This document shows, in pieces, positions 1 through 10,001 of a stretch of 64,000 nucleotides of DNA. The position numbers and the translations under genes are program-made. The number at the start of each line of letters is the position of its first letter. The stretch's first letter is position 1. The notes under the pieces are model-generated. The model was not told the origin of the DNA and searched no databases. It was given only the letters and a program-made list of their open reading frames with translations. Where the stretch lies: the NCBI RefSeq assembly GCF_054482525.1, contig NZ_CM137006.1, one strand, 5' to 3'.

Positions 1-1
1 C

Positions 2-1336
2 CAGCATATGGCCGCGCTGGCGCTGGAACAGGAAAAAAGCCGTCAGCATATTGAACAACTCATCCAATTTGATCCGATGACCGGTCTGCCAAATCGCAAT
101 AACCTGCACAATTACCTCGATGACCTGGTCGACAAAGCCGTCTCTCCGGTGGTGTATCTCATCGGTGTTGACCATATTCAGGATGTGATTGATAGCCTTG
201 GCTATGCGTGGGCCGATCAGGCATTGCTGGAAGTGGTCAATCGCTTTCGTGAAAAACTCAAACCGGATCAATATCTCTGTCGTATCGAAGGTACGCAGTT
301 TGTCCTCGTGAGCCTGGAAAACGACGTCAGTAACATTACCCAAATCGCCGATGAGCTACGGAATGTGGTCAGCAAGCCGATAATGATTGACGATAAACCA
401 TTCCCGCTCACCTTGAGCATTGGCATCAGCTACGACGTGGGTAAAAACCGCGATTACCTGCTCTCCACTGCTCACAATGCAATGGATTTTATTCGCAAAA
501 ATGGCGGTAACGGCTGGCAGTTCTTCAGCCCGGCGATGAACGAAATGGTAAAAGAGCGTTTGGTTTTAGGCGCGGCGCTGAAAGAAGCAATTAGCAATAA
601 CCAACTGAAACTGGTTTACCAGCCACAAATCTTCGCAGAAACGGGTGAACTGTACGGCATCGAAGCCCTTGCTCGCTGGCACGATCCCCTGCATGGTCAT
701 GTGCCCCCTTCACGGTTTATTCCTCTCGCAGAAGAGATCGGTGAAATCGAAAATATTGGACGCTGGGTCATCGCGGAAGCTTGTCGTCAGTTAGCAGAAT
801 GGCGTAGCCAGAATATTCATATCCCGGCGTTATCCGTTAACTTGTCGGCGCTGCACTTTCGCAGTAATCAACTGCCTAATCAGGTGTCTGATGCAATGCA
901 CGCCTGGGGTATTGACGGCCACCAGCTGACGGTGGAAATCACGGAAAGCATGATGATGGAACACGATACCGAAATCTTTAAGCGCATTCAGATCCTGCGC
1001 GATATGGGCGTGGGTTTATCGGTAGATGATTTTGGTACGGGCTTTTCCGGATTATCCCGCTTAGTCAGTCTTCCGGTAACGGAAATCAAAATTGACAAAA
1101 GTTTTGTCGATCGTTGTCTGACCGAAAAACGCATCCTTGCCTTACTTGAAGCCATTACCAGCATTGGGCAAAGCCTCAATTTAACCGTCGTGGCGGAAGG
1201 CGTCGAAACCAAAGAGCAATTTGAGATGCTACGCAAGATCCATTGTCGCGTTATTCAGGGATATTTCTTTTCCCGCCCCCTGCCCGCCGAAGAAATTCCA
1301 GGCTGGATGAGCAGTGTGTTACCGCTGAAAATCTGA
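2..1336 (+). CDS. dosP: c-di-GMP phosphodiesterase, C-terminal part (degenerate GGDEF + EAL domains); 5' end lies outside the window
   Basis: ORF 8..1336 has no upstream stop in frame; translation shows EAL-type motifs (YGIEALARW, DDFGTG) and matches remembered DosP/PdeO C-terminus; followed by ddpX as in K-12. Confidence 0.85.
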   Translation, partial: QHMAALALEQEKSRQHIEQLIQFDPMTGLPNRNNLHNYLDDLVDKAVSPVVYLIGVDHIQDVIDSLGYAWADQALLEVVNRFREKLKPDQYLCRIEGTQFVLVSLENDVSNITQIADELRNVVSKPIMIDDKPFPLTLSIGISYDVGKNRDYLLSTAHNAMDFIRKNGGNGWQFFSPAMNEMVKERLVLGAALKEAISNNQLKLVYQPQIFAETGELYGIEALARWHDPLHGHVPPSRFIPLAEEIGEIENIGRWVIAEACRQLAEWRSQNIHIPALSVNLSALHFRSNQLPNQVSDAMHAWGIDGHQLTVEITESMMMEHDTEIFKRIQILRDMGVGLSVDDFGTGFSGLSRLVSLPVTEIKIDKSFVDRCLTEKRILALLEAITSIGQSLNLTVVAEGVETKEQFEMLRKIHCRVIQGYFFSRPLPAEEIPGWMSSVLPLKI

Positions 1337-1349
1337 CAAATTCCTCTCG

Positions 1350-1369
1350 CCCGCACTCGCGGGTTTTCA
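1350..1369 (+). terminator. possible weak intrinsic terminator after dosP
   Basis: short GC stem GCCCGC-ACTC-GCGGG followed by TTTTCATTT just after the dosP stop. Confidence 0.3.
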
Positions 1370-1593
1370 TTTAACGTGACACTGTCACTTAAATACTGTG
1401 ATTTCAGCTACGATTTCGGGAGATTCCTTCCTTAACTTCCACTCTTGCACCAAAACTGCACTACGCTGCACAAATGTTGATCAAAAGTTAAAAAATATAA
1501 CTTTAAGCCAGCATTCTGGCGCTTATCCCGGTATGGCATGAGATCTGCATAAGCGGAAAGCGCAGCAATTTTTGTCTTATACAGGAACCGTTT

Positions 1594-2175
1594 ATGTCGG
1601 ATACCACCGAACTGGTTGATTTAGCCGTGATCTTCCCTGATCTGGAGATCGAATTGAAATACGCCTGCGCTGATAACATCACAGGTAAAGCTATTTATCA
1701 GCAAGCGCGTTGTCTGTTACACAAGGATGCGATTACTGCGCTGGCGAAAAGTATCAGTATCGCCCAGCTGTCAGGCTTACAACTGGTTATTTACGATGCG
1801 TATCGCCCACAACAAGCACAGGCGATGTTGTGGCAAACCTGCCCAGACCCGCAATATGTTGTTGATGTGACGGTCGGTTCTAATCACAGCCGTGGCACGG
1901 CGATCGACCTGACGCTTCGTGATGAGCACGGGAACATCCTGGATATGGGTGCAGAGTTCGATGAAATGCACGAACGTTCCCATGCTTATCACCCTTCCGT
2001 CCCGCCCGCTGCTCAGCGCAATCGGCTGTTGCTGAATGCGATTATGACTGGCGGTGGCTTTGTCGGTATCCCGAGCGAATGGTGGCACTTCGAATTACCC
2101 CAGGCAGCGAGTTACCCACTACTCGCTGATCAATTCACCTGTTTTATATCCCCTGGCACACAGCACGCCAGTTAA
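1594..2175 (+). CDS. ddpX: D-Ala-D-Ala dipeptidase
   Basis: 193 aa ORF with ATG start; VanX-like translation; position upstream of ddpABCDF. Confidence 0.9.
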   Translation: MSDTTELVDLAVIFPDLEIELKYACADNITGKAIYQQARCLLHKDAITALAKSISIAQLSGLQLVIYDAYRPQQAQAMLWQTCPDPQYVVDVTVGSNHSRGTAIDLTLRDEHGNILDMGAEFDEMHERSHAYHPSVPPAAQRNRLLLNAIMTGGGFVGIPSEWWHFELPQAASYPLLADQFTCFISPGTQHAS

Positions 2176-2188
2176 TCAGGAAACTGTC

Positions 2189-3739
2189 ATGAAGAGATCG
2201 ATTTCGTTTCGTCCTACATTGCTCGCCATCGTCCTTGCCACAACAATGCCGGTTGCGCACGCCGCCGTACCGAAAGATATGCTGGTGATCGGTAAAGCTG
2301 CCGATCCACAAACCCTCGACCCGGCGGTGACAATTGATAATAACGACTGGACGGTGACCTACCCGTCTTATCAGCGACTGGTTCAGTACAAAACGGACGG
2401 TGATAAAGGCTCAACCGACGTTGAAGGCGATCTGGCAAGTAGCTGGAAAGCGTCTGACGATCAAAAAGAGTGGACGTTCACCCTGAAGAACAATGCTAAA
2501 TTTGCCGATGGCGCACCTGTCACTGCCGAAGCAGTAAAACTCTCTTTTGAGCGGTTACTAAAAATCGGCCAGGGGCCAGCAGAAGCATTTCCCAAAGATT
2601 TAAAGATTGATGCTCCCGACGAACATACGGTGAAGTTTACCCTTAGCCAGCCATTCGCACCGTTCCTCTATACGCTGGCGAATGACGGTGCATCCATTAT
2701 CAATCCGGCGGTCTTAAAGGAGCATGCGGCGGATGATGCCCGTGGTTTCCTCGCGCAAAATACCGCTGGCTCCGGACCGTTTATGCTGAAAAGCTGGCAA
2801 AAAGGTCAGCAATTAGTTCTGGTGCCAAATCCGCATTACCCCGGCAATAAACCGAACTTCAAACGGGTATCGGTAAAAATTATCGGTGAAAGTGCCTCCC
2901 GTCGCCTGCAGCTCTCCCGTGGCGACATTGACATTGCCGATGCGCTGCCGGTGGATCAACTCAACGCACTGAAGCAGGAAAACAAAGTCAACGTGGCAGA
3001 GTATCCGTCACTGCGCGTCACCTATCTGTATCTGAATAACAGCAAAGCGCCACTTAATCAGGCGGATCTGCGTCGGGCCATTTCCTGGTCTACCGATTAT
3101 CAGGGAATGGTTAACGGCATTCTGAGTGGTAACGGAAAACAAATGCGCGGCCCGATTCCGGAAGGCATGTGGGGATACGATGCGACGGCAATGCAATACA
3201 ACCATGACGAAACGAAAGCCAAAGCCGAATGGGATAAAGTGACGAGCAAACCCACCAGCCTGACGTTTCTCTACTCCGATAACGACCCGAACTGGGAACC
3301 GATCGCTCTGGCGACACAATCCAGTCTCAACAAGCTGGGCATCAATGTGAAGCTGGAAAAACTGGCGAACGCCACCATGCGCGACAGAGTGGGTAAAGGT
3401 GATTACGACATTGCGATTGGCAACTGGAGTCCGGATTTTGCCGACCCGTATATGTTTATGAATTACTGGTTTGAGTCAGACAAAAAAGGTCTGCCGGGTA
3501 ACCGCTCGTTCTATGAAAACAGTGAGGTCGATAAGTTACTGCGCAATGCGCTAGCGACCACCGACCAGACGCAGCGTACCCGGGACTACCAGCAGGCACA
3601 GAAAATCGTCATTGATGACGCTGCTTATGTGTACCTGTTCCAGAAAAACTACCAACTGGCGATGAACAAAGAGGTGAAAGGCTTTGTGTTCAATCCCATG
3701 CTGGAACAGGTCTTCAATATCAATACCATGAGTAAATAA
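2189..3739 (+). CDS. ddpA: periplasmic dipeptide-binding protein of ABC transporter
   Basis: ORF 2054..3739; chosen start is the ATG giving MKRSISFRPTLLAIVLATTMPVAHA (signal peptide) with AGGAAA RBS; family 5 solute-binding fold. Confidence 0.9.
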   Translation: MKRSISFRPTLLAIVLATTMPVAHAAVPKDMLVIGKAADPQTLDPAVTIDNNDWTVTYPSYQRLVQYKTDGDKGSTDVEGDLASSWKASDDQKEWTFTLKNNAKFADGAPVTAEAVKLSFERLLKIGQGPAEAFPKDLKIDAPDEHTVKFTLSQPFAPFLYTLANDGASIINPAVLKEHAADDARGFLAQNTAGSGPFMLKSWQKGQQLVLVPNPHYPGNKPNFKRVSVKIIGESASRRLQLSRGDIDIADALPVDQLNALKQENKVNVAEYPSLRVTYLYLNNSKAPLNQADLRRAISWSTDYQGMVNGILSGNGKQMRGPIPEGMWGYDATAMQYNHDETKAKAEWDKVTSKPTSLTFLYSDNDPNWEPIALATQSSLNKLGINVKLEKLANATMRDRVGKGDYDIAIGNWSPDFADPYMFMNYWFESDKKGLPGNRSFYENSEVDKLLRNALATTDQTQRTRDYQQAQKIVIDDAAYVYLFQKNYQLAMNKEVKGFVFNPMLEQVFNINTMSK

Positions 3740-3740
3740 C

Positions 3741-4763
3741 GTGACCTTCTGGAGTATTTTACGCCAACGCTGCTGGGGGCTGGTGCTCGTGGTGGCGGGC
3801 GTCTGTGTGATTACGTTTATTATCTCGCACCTGATCCCCGGCGATCCGGCGCGGTTACTGGCGGGTGACCGCGCCAGCGATGCTATCGTGGATAATATTC
3901 GCCAGCAACTGGGACTGGACCAGCCACTGTACGTACAGTTTTACCGCTACGTCAGCGACCTGTTTCAGGGTGACCTGGGAACATCCATTCGTACCGGGCG
4001 TCCGGTGCTGGAAGAGTTGCGCATATTTTTCCCGGCGACGCTGGAACTGGCTTTTTGTGCCCTGCTGCTGGCACTCCTGATTGGCATCCCGCTGGGCATA
4101 CTCTCTGCAGTCTGGCGAAATCGCTGGCTGGATCATCTGGTGCGAATAATGGCCATTACCGGAATCTCCACACCTGCGTTCTGGCTTGGGCTGGGTGTCA
4201 TTGTGCTGTTTTATGGTCATCTGCAAATTCTTCCCGGCGGCGGAAGGCTTGATGACTGGCTGGATCCACCAACGCACGTTACCGGCTTTTATCTGCTCGA
4301 TGCGCTGCTTGAAGGTAACGGTGAAGTCTTCTTCAATGCGCTGCAACATCTCATCTTACCGACATTAACGCTGGCGTTCGTTCACCTGGGGATTGTCGCT
4401 CGCCAGATCCGCTCAGCTATGCTGGAACAATTGAGTGAAGATTACATTCGTACCGCCCGGGCCAGCGGCTTGCCCGGCTGGTATATCGTTTTATGTTATG
4501 CGCTACCCAATGCGTTGATCCCCTCGATTACCGTATTGGGACTGGCGCTGGGCGATTTGTTGTATGGCGCAGTGCTCACCGAAACCGTTTTTGCCTGGCC
4601 CGGAATGGGTGCATGGGTAGTAACATCAATACAGGCGCTCGACTTCCCGGCAGTGATGGGCTTTGCCGTCGTGGTTTCGTTTGCTTATGTGCTGGTCAAC
4701 CTGGTGGTGGATTTGCTCTATTTGTGGATTGATCCGCGTATCGGACGTGGAGGTGGTGAATGA
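3741..4763 (+). CDS. ddpB: ABC transporter permease
   Basis: 340 aa hydrophobic ORF, GTG start 2 nt after ddpA stop; DppB-like. Confidence 0.9.
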   Translation: MTFWSILRQRCWGLVLVVAGVCVITFIISHLIPGDPARLLAGDRASDAIVDNIRQQLGLDQPLYVQFYRYVSDLFQGDLGTSIRTGRPVLEELRIFFPATLELAFCALLLALLIGIPLGILSAVWRNRWLDHLVRIMAITGISTPAFWLGLGVIVLFYGHLQILPGGGRLDDWLDPPTHVTGFYLLDALLEGNGEVFFNALQHLILPTLTLAFVHLGIVARQIRSAMLEQLSEDYIRTARASGLPGWYIVLCYALPNALIPSITVLGLALGDLLYGAVLTETVFAWPGMGAWVVTSIQALDFPAVMGFAVVVSFAYVLVNLVVDLLYLWIDPRIGRGGGE

Positions 4764-5656
4764 TGCTAAGCGAGGAAACGTCCGCCGTACGCCCAGCAAA
4801 ACAAACGCGATTTAACCGTGCAAAACTGGTATGGATGCTGAAAGGCAGTCCGCTCACCGTGACCGGCGCAGTCATCATTGTATTAATGCTACTGATGATG
4901 ATTTTTTCACCGTGGCTGGCGACGCATGATCCCAACGCCATTGATTTAACCGCCCGCCTTTTGCCGCCTTCTGCGGCGCACTGGTTTGGCACCGATGAAG
5001 TGGGACGCGATCTGTTTAGCCGCGTACTGGTCGGCAGTCAGCAATCAATTCTCGCCGGATTAGTGGTGGTCGCCATTGCGGGTATGATGGGTTCGCTACT
5101 CGGGTGTCTATCCGGTGTGCTTGGCGGACGCGCAGACGCCATCATCATGCGCATCATGGACATTATGCTGTCGATTCCTTCGCTGGTGCTGACAATGGCG
5201 CTGGCTGCCGCACTTGGACCGAGTTTGTTTAACGCCATGCTGGCGATTGCTATTGTGCGAATTCCCTTTTATGTGCGCCTGGCGCGGGGGCAAACATTAG
5301 TTGTTCGCCAGTACACTTACGTTCAGGCGGCGAAAACCTTTGGTGCGTCGCGTTGGCATCTGATCAATTGGCATATTTTACGTAACTCCCTGCCGCCGCT
5401 GATTGTGCAGGCATCGCTGGATATCGGTAGCGCGATTTTAATGGCCGCCACGTTGGGATTTATTGGCCTGGGTGCTCAACAACCGAGTGCTGAATGGGGG
5501 GCGATGGTGGCGAATGGTCGCAACTATGTGCTCGATCAATGGTGGTATTGCGCATTTCCGGGGGCAGCGATTTTGCTTACCGCCGTCGGGTTCAATCTCT
5601 TTGGTGATGGTATTCGCGATCTGCTTGACCCGAAAGCAGGAGGAAAGCAGTCATGA
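4760..5656 (+). CDS. ddpC: ABC transporter permease
   Basis: 298 aa ORF overlapping ddpB stop by 4 nt; DppC-like membrane protein. Confidence 0.9.
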   Translation: MMLSEETSAVRPAKQTRFNRAKLVWMLKGSPLTVTGAVIIVLMLLMMIFSPWLATHDPNAIDLTARLLPPSAAHWFGTDEVGRDLFSRVLVGSQQSILAGLVVVAIAGMMGSLLGCLSGVLGGRADAIIMRIMDIMLSIPSLVLTMALAAALGPSLFNAMLAIAIVRIPFYVRLARGQTLVVRQYTYVQAAKTFGASRWHLINWHILRNSLPPLIVQASLDIGSAILMAATLGFIGLGAQQPSAEWGAMVANGRNYVLDQWWYCAFPGAAILLTAVGFNLFGDGIRDLLDPKAGGKQS

Positions 5657-6639
5657 CCCAACCCGTTCTGGACATTCAACAGCTGCATTTGAGTTTCCCC
5701 GGTTTTAACGGCGACGTTCACGCGCTCAACAATGTGTCCTTGCAGATTAACCGCGGTGAAATTGTCGGTCTGGTGGGAGAATCCGGCTCGGGTAAATCAG
5801 TCACTGCAATGTTGATTATGCGTCTGTTACCGACGGGCAGTTATTGCGTACATCGGGGACATATTTCACTGCTGGGAGAAGATGTTCTTAACGCGCAGGA
5901 AAAACAGCTTCGTCAGTGGCGCGGCGCACGAGTGGCGATGATCTTTCAGGAACCGATGACCGCCCTCAATCCGACACGTCGAATAGGTCTTCAGATGATG
6001 GACGTGATCCGCCATCATCAACCAATAAGTCGTCGGGAAGCCAGAGCTAAAGCGATTGCCCTGCTGGAAGAGATGCAAATCCCGGATGCCGTGGAAGTTA
6101 TGTCGCGCTATCCGTTTGAGCTTTCAGGTGGTATGCGCCAGCGGGTAATGATTGCGCTGGCATTCTCCTGCGAGCCGCAATTGATTATTGCCGACGAACC
6201 GACTACGGCGCTGGACGTCACGGTACAGTTGCAGGTACTGCGTCTGCTTAAACATAAAGCCCGCGCCAGTGGAACTGCGGTACTGTTCATCAGCCATGAT
6301 ATGGCCGTGGTGTCGCAACTGTGCGATAGCGTTTACGTGATGTATGCCGGAAGCGTGATTGAGAGCGGCGTGACGGCAGACGTTATCCATCATCCCCGGC
6401 ATCCGTATACCATTGGTTTGCTGCAATGCGCACCGGAACATGGAATACCGCGCCAGCCATTACCCGCCATTCCAGGGACGGTACCAAACCTCACCCATTT
6501 GCCTGACGGCTGCGCTTTTCGCGATCGTTGCTATGCGGCAGGTGCACAGTGTGAAAACGTCCCGGCGCTGACAGCGTGTGGTGACAACAACCACAGCTGC
6601 GCCTGTTGGTATCCTCAGCAGGAGGTCATTAGTGTCTGA
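5653..6639 (+). CDS. ddpD: ABC transporter ATP-binding protein
   Basis: Walker A GESGSGKS and LSGGMRQR signature in translation; 4 nt overlap with ddpC. Confidence 0.9.
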   Translation: MTQPVLDIQQLHLSFPGFNGDVHALNNVSLQINRGEIVGLVGESGSGKSVTAMLIMRLLPTGSYCVHRGHISLLGEDVLNAQEKQLRQWRGARVAMIFQEPMTALNPTRRIGLQMMDVIRHHQPISRREARAKAIALLEEMQIPDAVEVMSRYPFELSGGMRQRVMIALAFSCEPQLIIADEPTTALDVTVQLQVLRLLKHKARASGTAVLFISHDMAVVSQLCDSVYVMYAGSVIESGVTADVIHHPRHPYTIGLLQCAPEHGIPRQPLPAIPGTVPNLTHLPDGCAFRDRCYAAGAQCENVPALTACGDNNHSCACWYPQQEVISV

Positions 6640-7558
6640 CACGTTATTAACGTTACGCGACGTCCATATCAATTTCCCGGCCCGAAAAAACTGGCTTGGT
6701 AAAACTACGGAACATGTTCATGCCATCAATGGTATTGATTTACAGATCCGTCGTGGTGAAACCTTAGGGATCGTCGGTGAGTCAGGCTGCGGCAAAAGCA
6801 CCCTCGCACAGCTTTTAATGGGTATGCTGCAACCGAGCCACGGGCAGTACATCCGTTCAGGATCACAACGCATTATGCAGATGGTGTTTCAGGACCCGCT
6901 CTCTTCGCTTAATCCACGCTTACCGGTGTGGCGCATCATCACGGAACCGCTCTGGATTGCTAAGCGTAGTAGTGAACAACAGCGGCGAGCGTTGGCAGAG
7001 GAGCTGGCTGTGCAGGTGGGTATTCGTCCGGAGTATCTCGACCGCTTGCCTCATGCGTTTTCCGGCGGGCAGCGGCAACGTATCGCCATTGCCAGAGCAC
7101 TCTCTTCGCAGCCTGACGTGATTGTGCTTGATGAACCAACCTCGGCGCTGGATATCTCCGTGCAGGCGCAGATCCTCAATTTACTGGTAACGCTACAGGA
7201 AAATCGCGAGCTGACTTATGTGTTGATTTCACACAATGTCTCGGTGATACGTCATATGAGCGATCGGGTGGCGGTAATGTATCTCGGACAGATTGTGGAA
7301 CTAGGAGACGCGCAACAGGTGCTGACAGCTCCGGCACATCCATACACCCGATTATTGCTGGATTCCCTCCCCGCCATTGATAAACCGCTGGAGGAAGAAT
7401 GGGCATTACGTAAAACGGATCTACCAGGAAACCGCACGTTGCCACAAGGCTGTTTTTTCCGTGAACGTTGCCCTCTGGCAACCGACGGATGTGAAGTCCG
7501 GCAATCATTAACAATAAGGGAGGACGGACGTGAGATCCGGTGCTGGCGGGCGCTGTAG
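6632..7558 (+). CDS. ddpF: ABC transporter ATP-binding protein
   Basis: ORF 6578..7558; GTG at 6632 gives VSDTLLTLRD N-terminus after GGAGG RBS; Walker A GESGCGKST, signature FSGGQRQR. Confidence 0.85.
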   Translation: MSDTLLTLRDVHINFPARKNWLGKTTEHVHAINGIDLQIRRGETLGIVGESGCGKSTLAQLLMGMLQPSHGQYIRSGSQRIMQMVFQDPLSSLNPRLPVWRIITEPLWIAKRSSEQQRRALAEELAVQVGIRPEYLDRLPHAFSGGQRQRIAIARALSSQPDVIVLDEPTSALDISVQAQILNLLVTLQENRELTYVLISHNVSVIRHMSDRVAVMYLGQIVELGDAQQVLTAPAHPYTRLLLDSLPAIDKPLEEEWALRKTDLPGNRTLPQGCFFRERCPLATDGCEVRQSLTIREDGREIRCWRAL

Positions 7559-7572
7559 GACGCGGCATCCGG

Positions 7573-8484
7573 CTATTGCATGTCTGCGGAAACGTTATGC
7601 GTCATAGTTTTTTTTAACGTTTCCATCAACGCCTGCGCCGCAGTAGAAAGCTTATGGTGTGACGAACGCAGTACGCCTACTCGTCGCTCAATCACTGGAT
7701 TATCCAGTTCCAGACACACTGCGCCCAGTTCGCTCATCTGCCTGCGGCACAGCGCAGGCACAGCGCTTCCTCCCAAACCGTTTGCCACCAGCCGCCCAAC
7801 CGTAACCAGTTGATGGCTTTCCAGCGCCACTTCCAGTTGCGTTCCACTTTGTGCCAACTGCTCCTCCAGCATCAACCTGACGGCTGACGGTCGCTGGAGG
7901 GTGATAAAATCGAGCGTCAGCAAATCCCGCCAACTCACGCGTTGCCGATTTGCCAGTCGTGAATCGGCTGGAACAATAGCGACAAACCGATCCACGCCCA
8001 GTGGGGTAAAATGCACATGGCCGCAATAGTCAGGTTCAAAGGCAATACCCATCTCCACACGCCCTTCGCTCACCATTTCGATCACCTGCTCATTCACCAC
8101 ATCGTGCACGGTGACATTAATCCCTGAATAACAATCGCGGAAGGTTTTCAGCACCGGAGGCAGAACGTTGGCTGCAAATGACGGCATCGCTGCCACCGAG
8201 ACTTTGCCCCGCCTGAGCGTGAATCGCTGACGCATGGCCTCCTCAGTGTTATCCCAGTCAGCCAGCAAAGGCCGTGCCATCGACAATAGCGTTTCCCCCT
8301 CCTGGGTTAATGTCACTTTTCGCGTAGTACGCAGCAGTAAAGCGCCCCCTAAGGCATCTTCCAGTCCTTTAATGGCAAGACTTAGCGCAGGCTGCGACAT
8401 ATTCAGCCGTTCACTGGCATGGGCAAAGTTCAGAGTGTGAGCTACCGCTAAAAACGCGCGTAACTGTTTGATGCTCATTTTCAT
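7573..8484 (-). CDS. LysR-family transcriptional regulator
   Basis: 303 aa; N-terminal HTH (LRAFLAVAHTLNFAHASERLNMSQPALSLAIKGLE) typical of LTTRs; divergent from the downstream catabolic operon. Confidence 0.85.
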   Translation of the reverse strand: MKMSIKQLRAFLAVAHTLNFAHASERLNMSQPALSLAIKGLEDALGGALLLRTTRKVTLTQEGETLLSMARPLLADWDNTEEAMRQRFTLRRGKVSVAAMPSFAANVLPPVLKTFRDCYSGINVTVHDVVNEQVIEMVSEGRVEMGIAFEPDYCGHVHFTPLGVDRFVAIVPADSRLANRQRVSWRDLLTLDFITLQRPSAVRLMLEEQLAQSGTQLEVALESHQLVTVGRLVANGLGGSAVPALCRRQMSELGAVCLELDNPVIERRVGVLRSSHHKLSTAAQALMETLKKTMTHNVSADMQ

Positions 8485-8625
8485 CTGGCACTCCGTTAAC
8501 CTACTGAATACATTTAATTAACATTATATTGATAAATAATACAAATGAATGAGTCACAAATTTAAAATTAACAAATCATTTTTTGCCCTTAATGATGTTG
8601 AAAAGGACAACTGGAGGGCAACTGT
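8485..8625. promoter_or_regulatory. divergent promoter/operator region between LysR regulator and CoA-transferase operon
   Basis: 141 bp AT-rich intergenic region with TTAATTAA palindrome and A/T runs; classic LTTR divergent arrangement. Confidence 0.4.
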
Positions 8626-9333
8626 ATGGCTGGGTTGGATAAACGGGTCGCTACGTATCACGAGGCGCTTGAAGGACTTACCAATGAGATGACGATTCTG
8701 GCAGGAGGTTTTGGCCTGTGCGGCATCCCGGAGAATCTGATTGCTGAAGTTCGCCACCGTGGAGTAACCGGATTAACGGTGGTTTCCAATAACTGTGGCG
8801 TAGATGGTTTTGGACTGGGTGTACTACTGGAAAGCCGACAGATCCGTAAAGTCGTCGCTTCTTATGTTGGCGAGAATGCTTTGTTTGAAAAACAGGTGCT
8901 TAACGGCGAACTGGAGGCGATTCTCACACCACAAGGAACCCTGGCAGAACAACTGCGCGCAGGCGGCGCGGGTATCCCGGCGTTCTTTACTGCCACCGGT
9001 TACGGTACTCCCGTTGCCGAAGGGAAAGAAGTCCGCGAATTCAACGGTCGCCCGTACATCATGGAACAGGCTATCACCGGTGATTTTGCCCTGGTCAAAG
9101 GCTGGAAAGCCGACTGGTACGGCAACGTGATTTATCGTCATACCGCGCAAAACTTCAACCCACTGATGGCGGCTGCCGGAAAAATCACCGTGGTGGAAGT
9201 GGAAGAAATAGTGCCACCTGGTGAACTTGATCCTGCCGCTATCCATACCCCGGGGATTTTTGTTAATCGCGTCATTCAGGGGCAATTTGAAAAACGCATT
9301 GAACAACGCACCCTTAGCCGCAAAGGAGCCTGA
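8626..9333 (+). CDS. 3-oxoacid CoA-transferase subunit A (AtoD/ScoA-like)
   Basis: 235 aa; translation has the family N-terminus ([20 protein letters not shown]) and glycine-rich core. Confidence 0.8.
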   Translation: MAGLDKRVATYHEALEGLTNEMTILAGGFGLCGIPENLIAEVRHRGVTGLTVVSNNCGVDGFGLGVLLESRQIRKVVASYVGENALFEKQVLNGELEAILTPQGTLAEQLRAGGAGIPAFFTATGYGTPVAEGKEVREFNGRPYIMEQAITGDFALVKGWKADWYGNVIYRHTAQNFNPLMAAAGKITVVEVEEIVPPGELDPAAIHTPGIFVNRVIQGQFEKRIEQRTLSRKGA

Positions 9334-9335
9334 CC

Positions 9336-9992
9336 ATGTTAACCCGTGAACAAATGGCGATGCGAGTCGCCCGCGAATTGCGCGATGGCTATTACGTCAA
9401 TCTCGGCATTGGTATCCCGACCCTGGTGGCAAACTACATTCCTGACGGGATGGATGTGATGTTGCAGTCAGAAAACGGTTTGCTGGGAATGGGCGCATTT
9501 CCTACGGAAGACGAACTGGACGCCGACATGATTAATGCCGGTAAACAAACCGTTACCGCGCGGAAAGGCGCGGCAATTTTCGATTCGGCGCAATCATTCG
9601 CCATGATCCGTGGCGGTCATGTGGATCTGACTGTACTTGGCGCATTTGAAGTGGATGTGAATGGCAACATTGCCTCATGGATGATCCCCGGCAAGATGGT
9701 TAAAGGCATGGGCGGTGCCATGGATCTGGTTGCCGGTGCCGAGAATATTATTGTGGTAATGACCCACGCCTCCAAATCCGGCGAATCCAAACTGCTTCCT
9801 GACTGTACCCTTCCGTTGACCGGCGCCGGATGCATCAAACGCGTCTTAACCGACCTTGCTCTGCTGGAAATTGCTGACGGAGCTTTCATTCTGCGCGAGC
9901 GCGCGCCGGGAATCAGCGTTGCGGAAATCATCGCCAAAACCGCCGGTAAGTTGTTTGTGCCGGAACATGTCCCGGAAATGCAATTCAACTGA
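9336..9992 (+). CDS. 3-oxoacid CoA-transferase subunit B (AtoA/ScoB-like)
   Basis: 218 aa; starts 3 nt after subunit A stop; family B translation (GMGGAMDLVAGA). Confidence 0.8.
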   Translation: MLTREQMAMRVARELRDGYYVNLGIGIPTLVANYIPDGMDVMLQSENGLLGMGAFPTEDELDADMINAGKQTVTARKGAAIFDSAQSFAMIRGGHVDLTVLGAFEVDVNGNIASWMIPGKMVKGMGGAMDLVAGAENIIVVMTHASKSGESKLLPDCTLPLTGAGCIKRVLTDLALLEIADGAFILRERAPGISVAEIIAKTAGKLFVPEHVPEMQFN

Positions 9993-10001
9993 GGAATCAC
10001 C

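Noticed and set aside
6578-6631. Longer upstream start for ddpF (ORF beginning MVTTTTAAP)
   Set aside because: The extension lies inside the ddpD coding sequence; the GTG at 6632 preceded by GGAGG gives the conserved N-terminus.
8824-9306. 160 aa minus-strand ORF inside the CoA-transferase A gene, and similar antisense ORFs in maeA (16633-17085), yncE (52668-53288) and narZ
   Set aside because: Shadow ORFs of strongly supported genes; no independent support.
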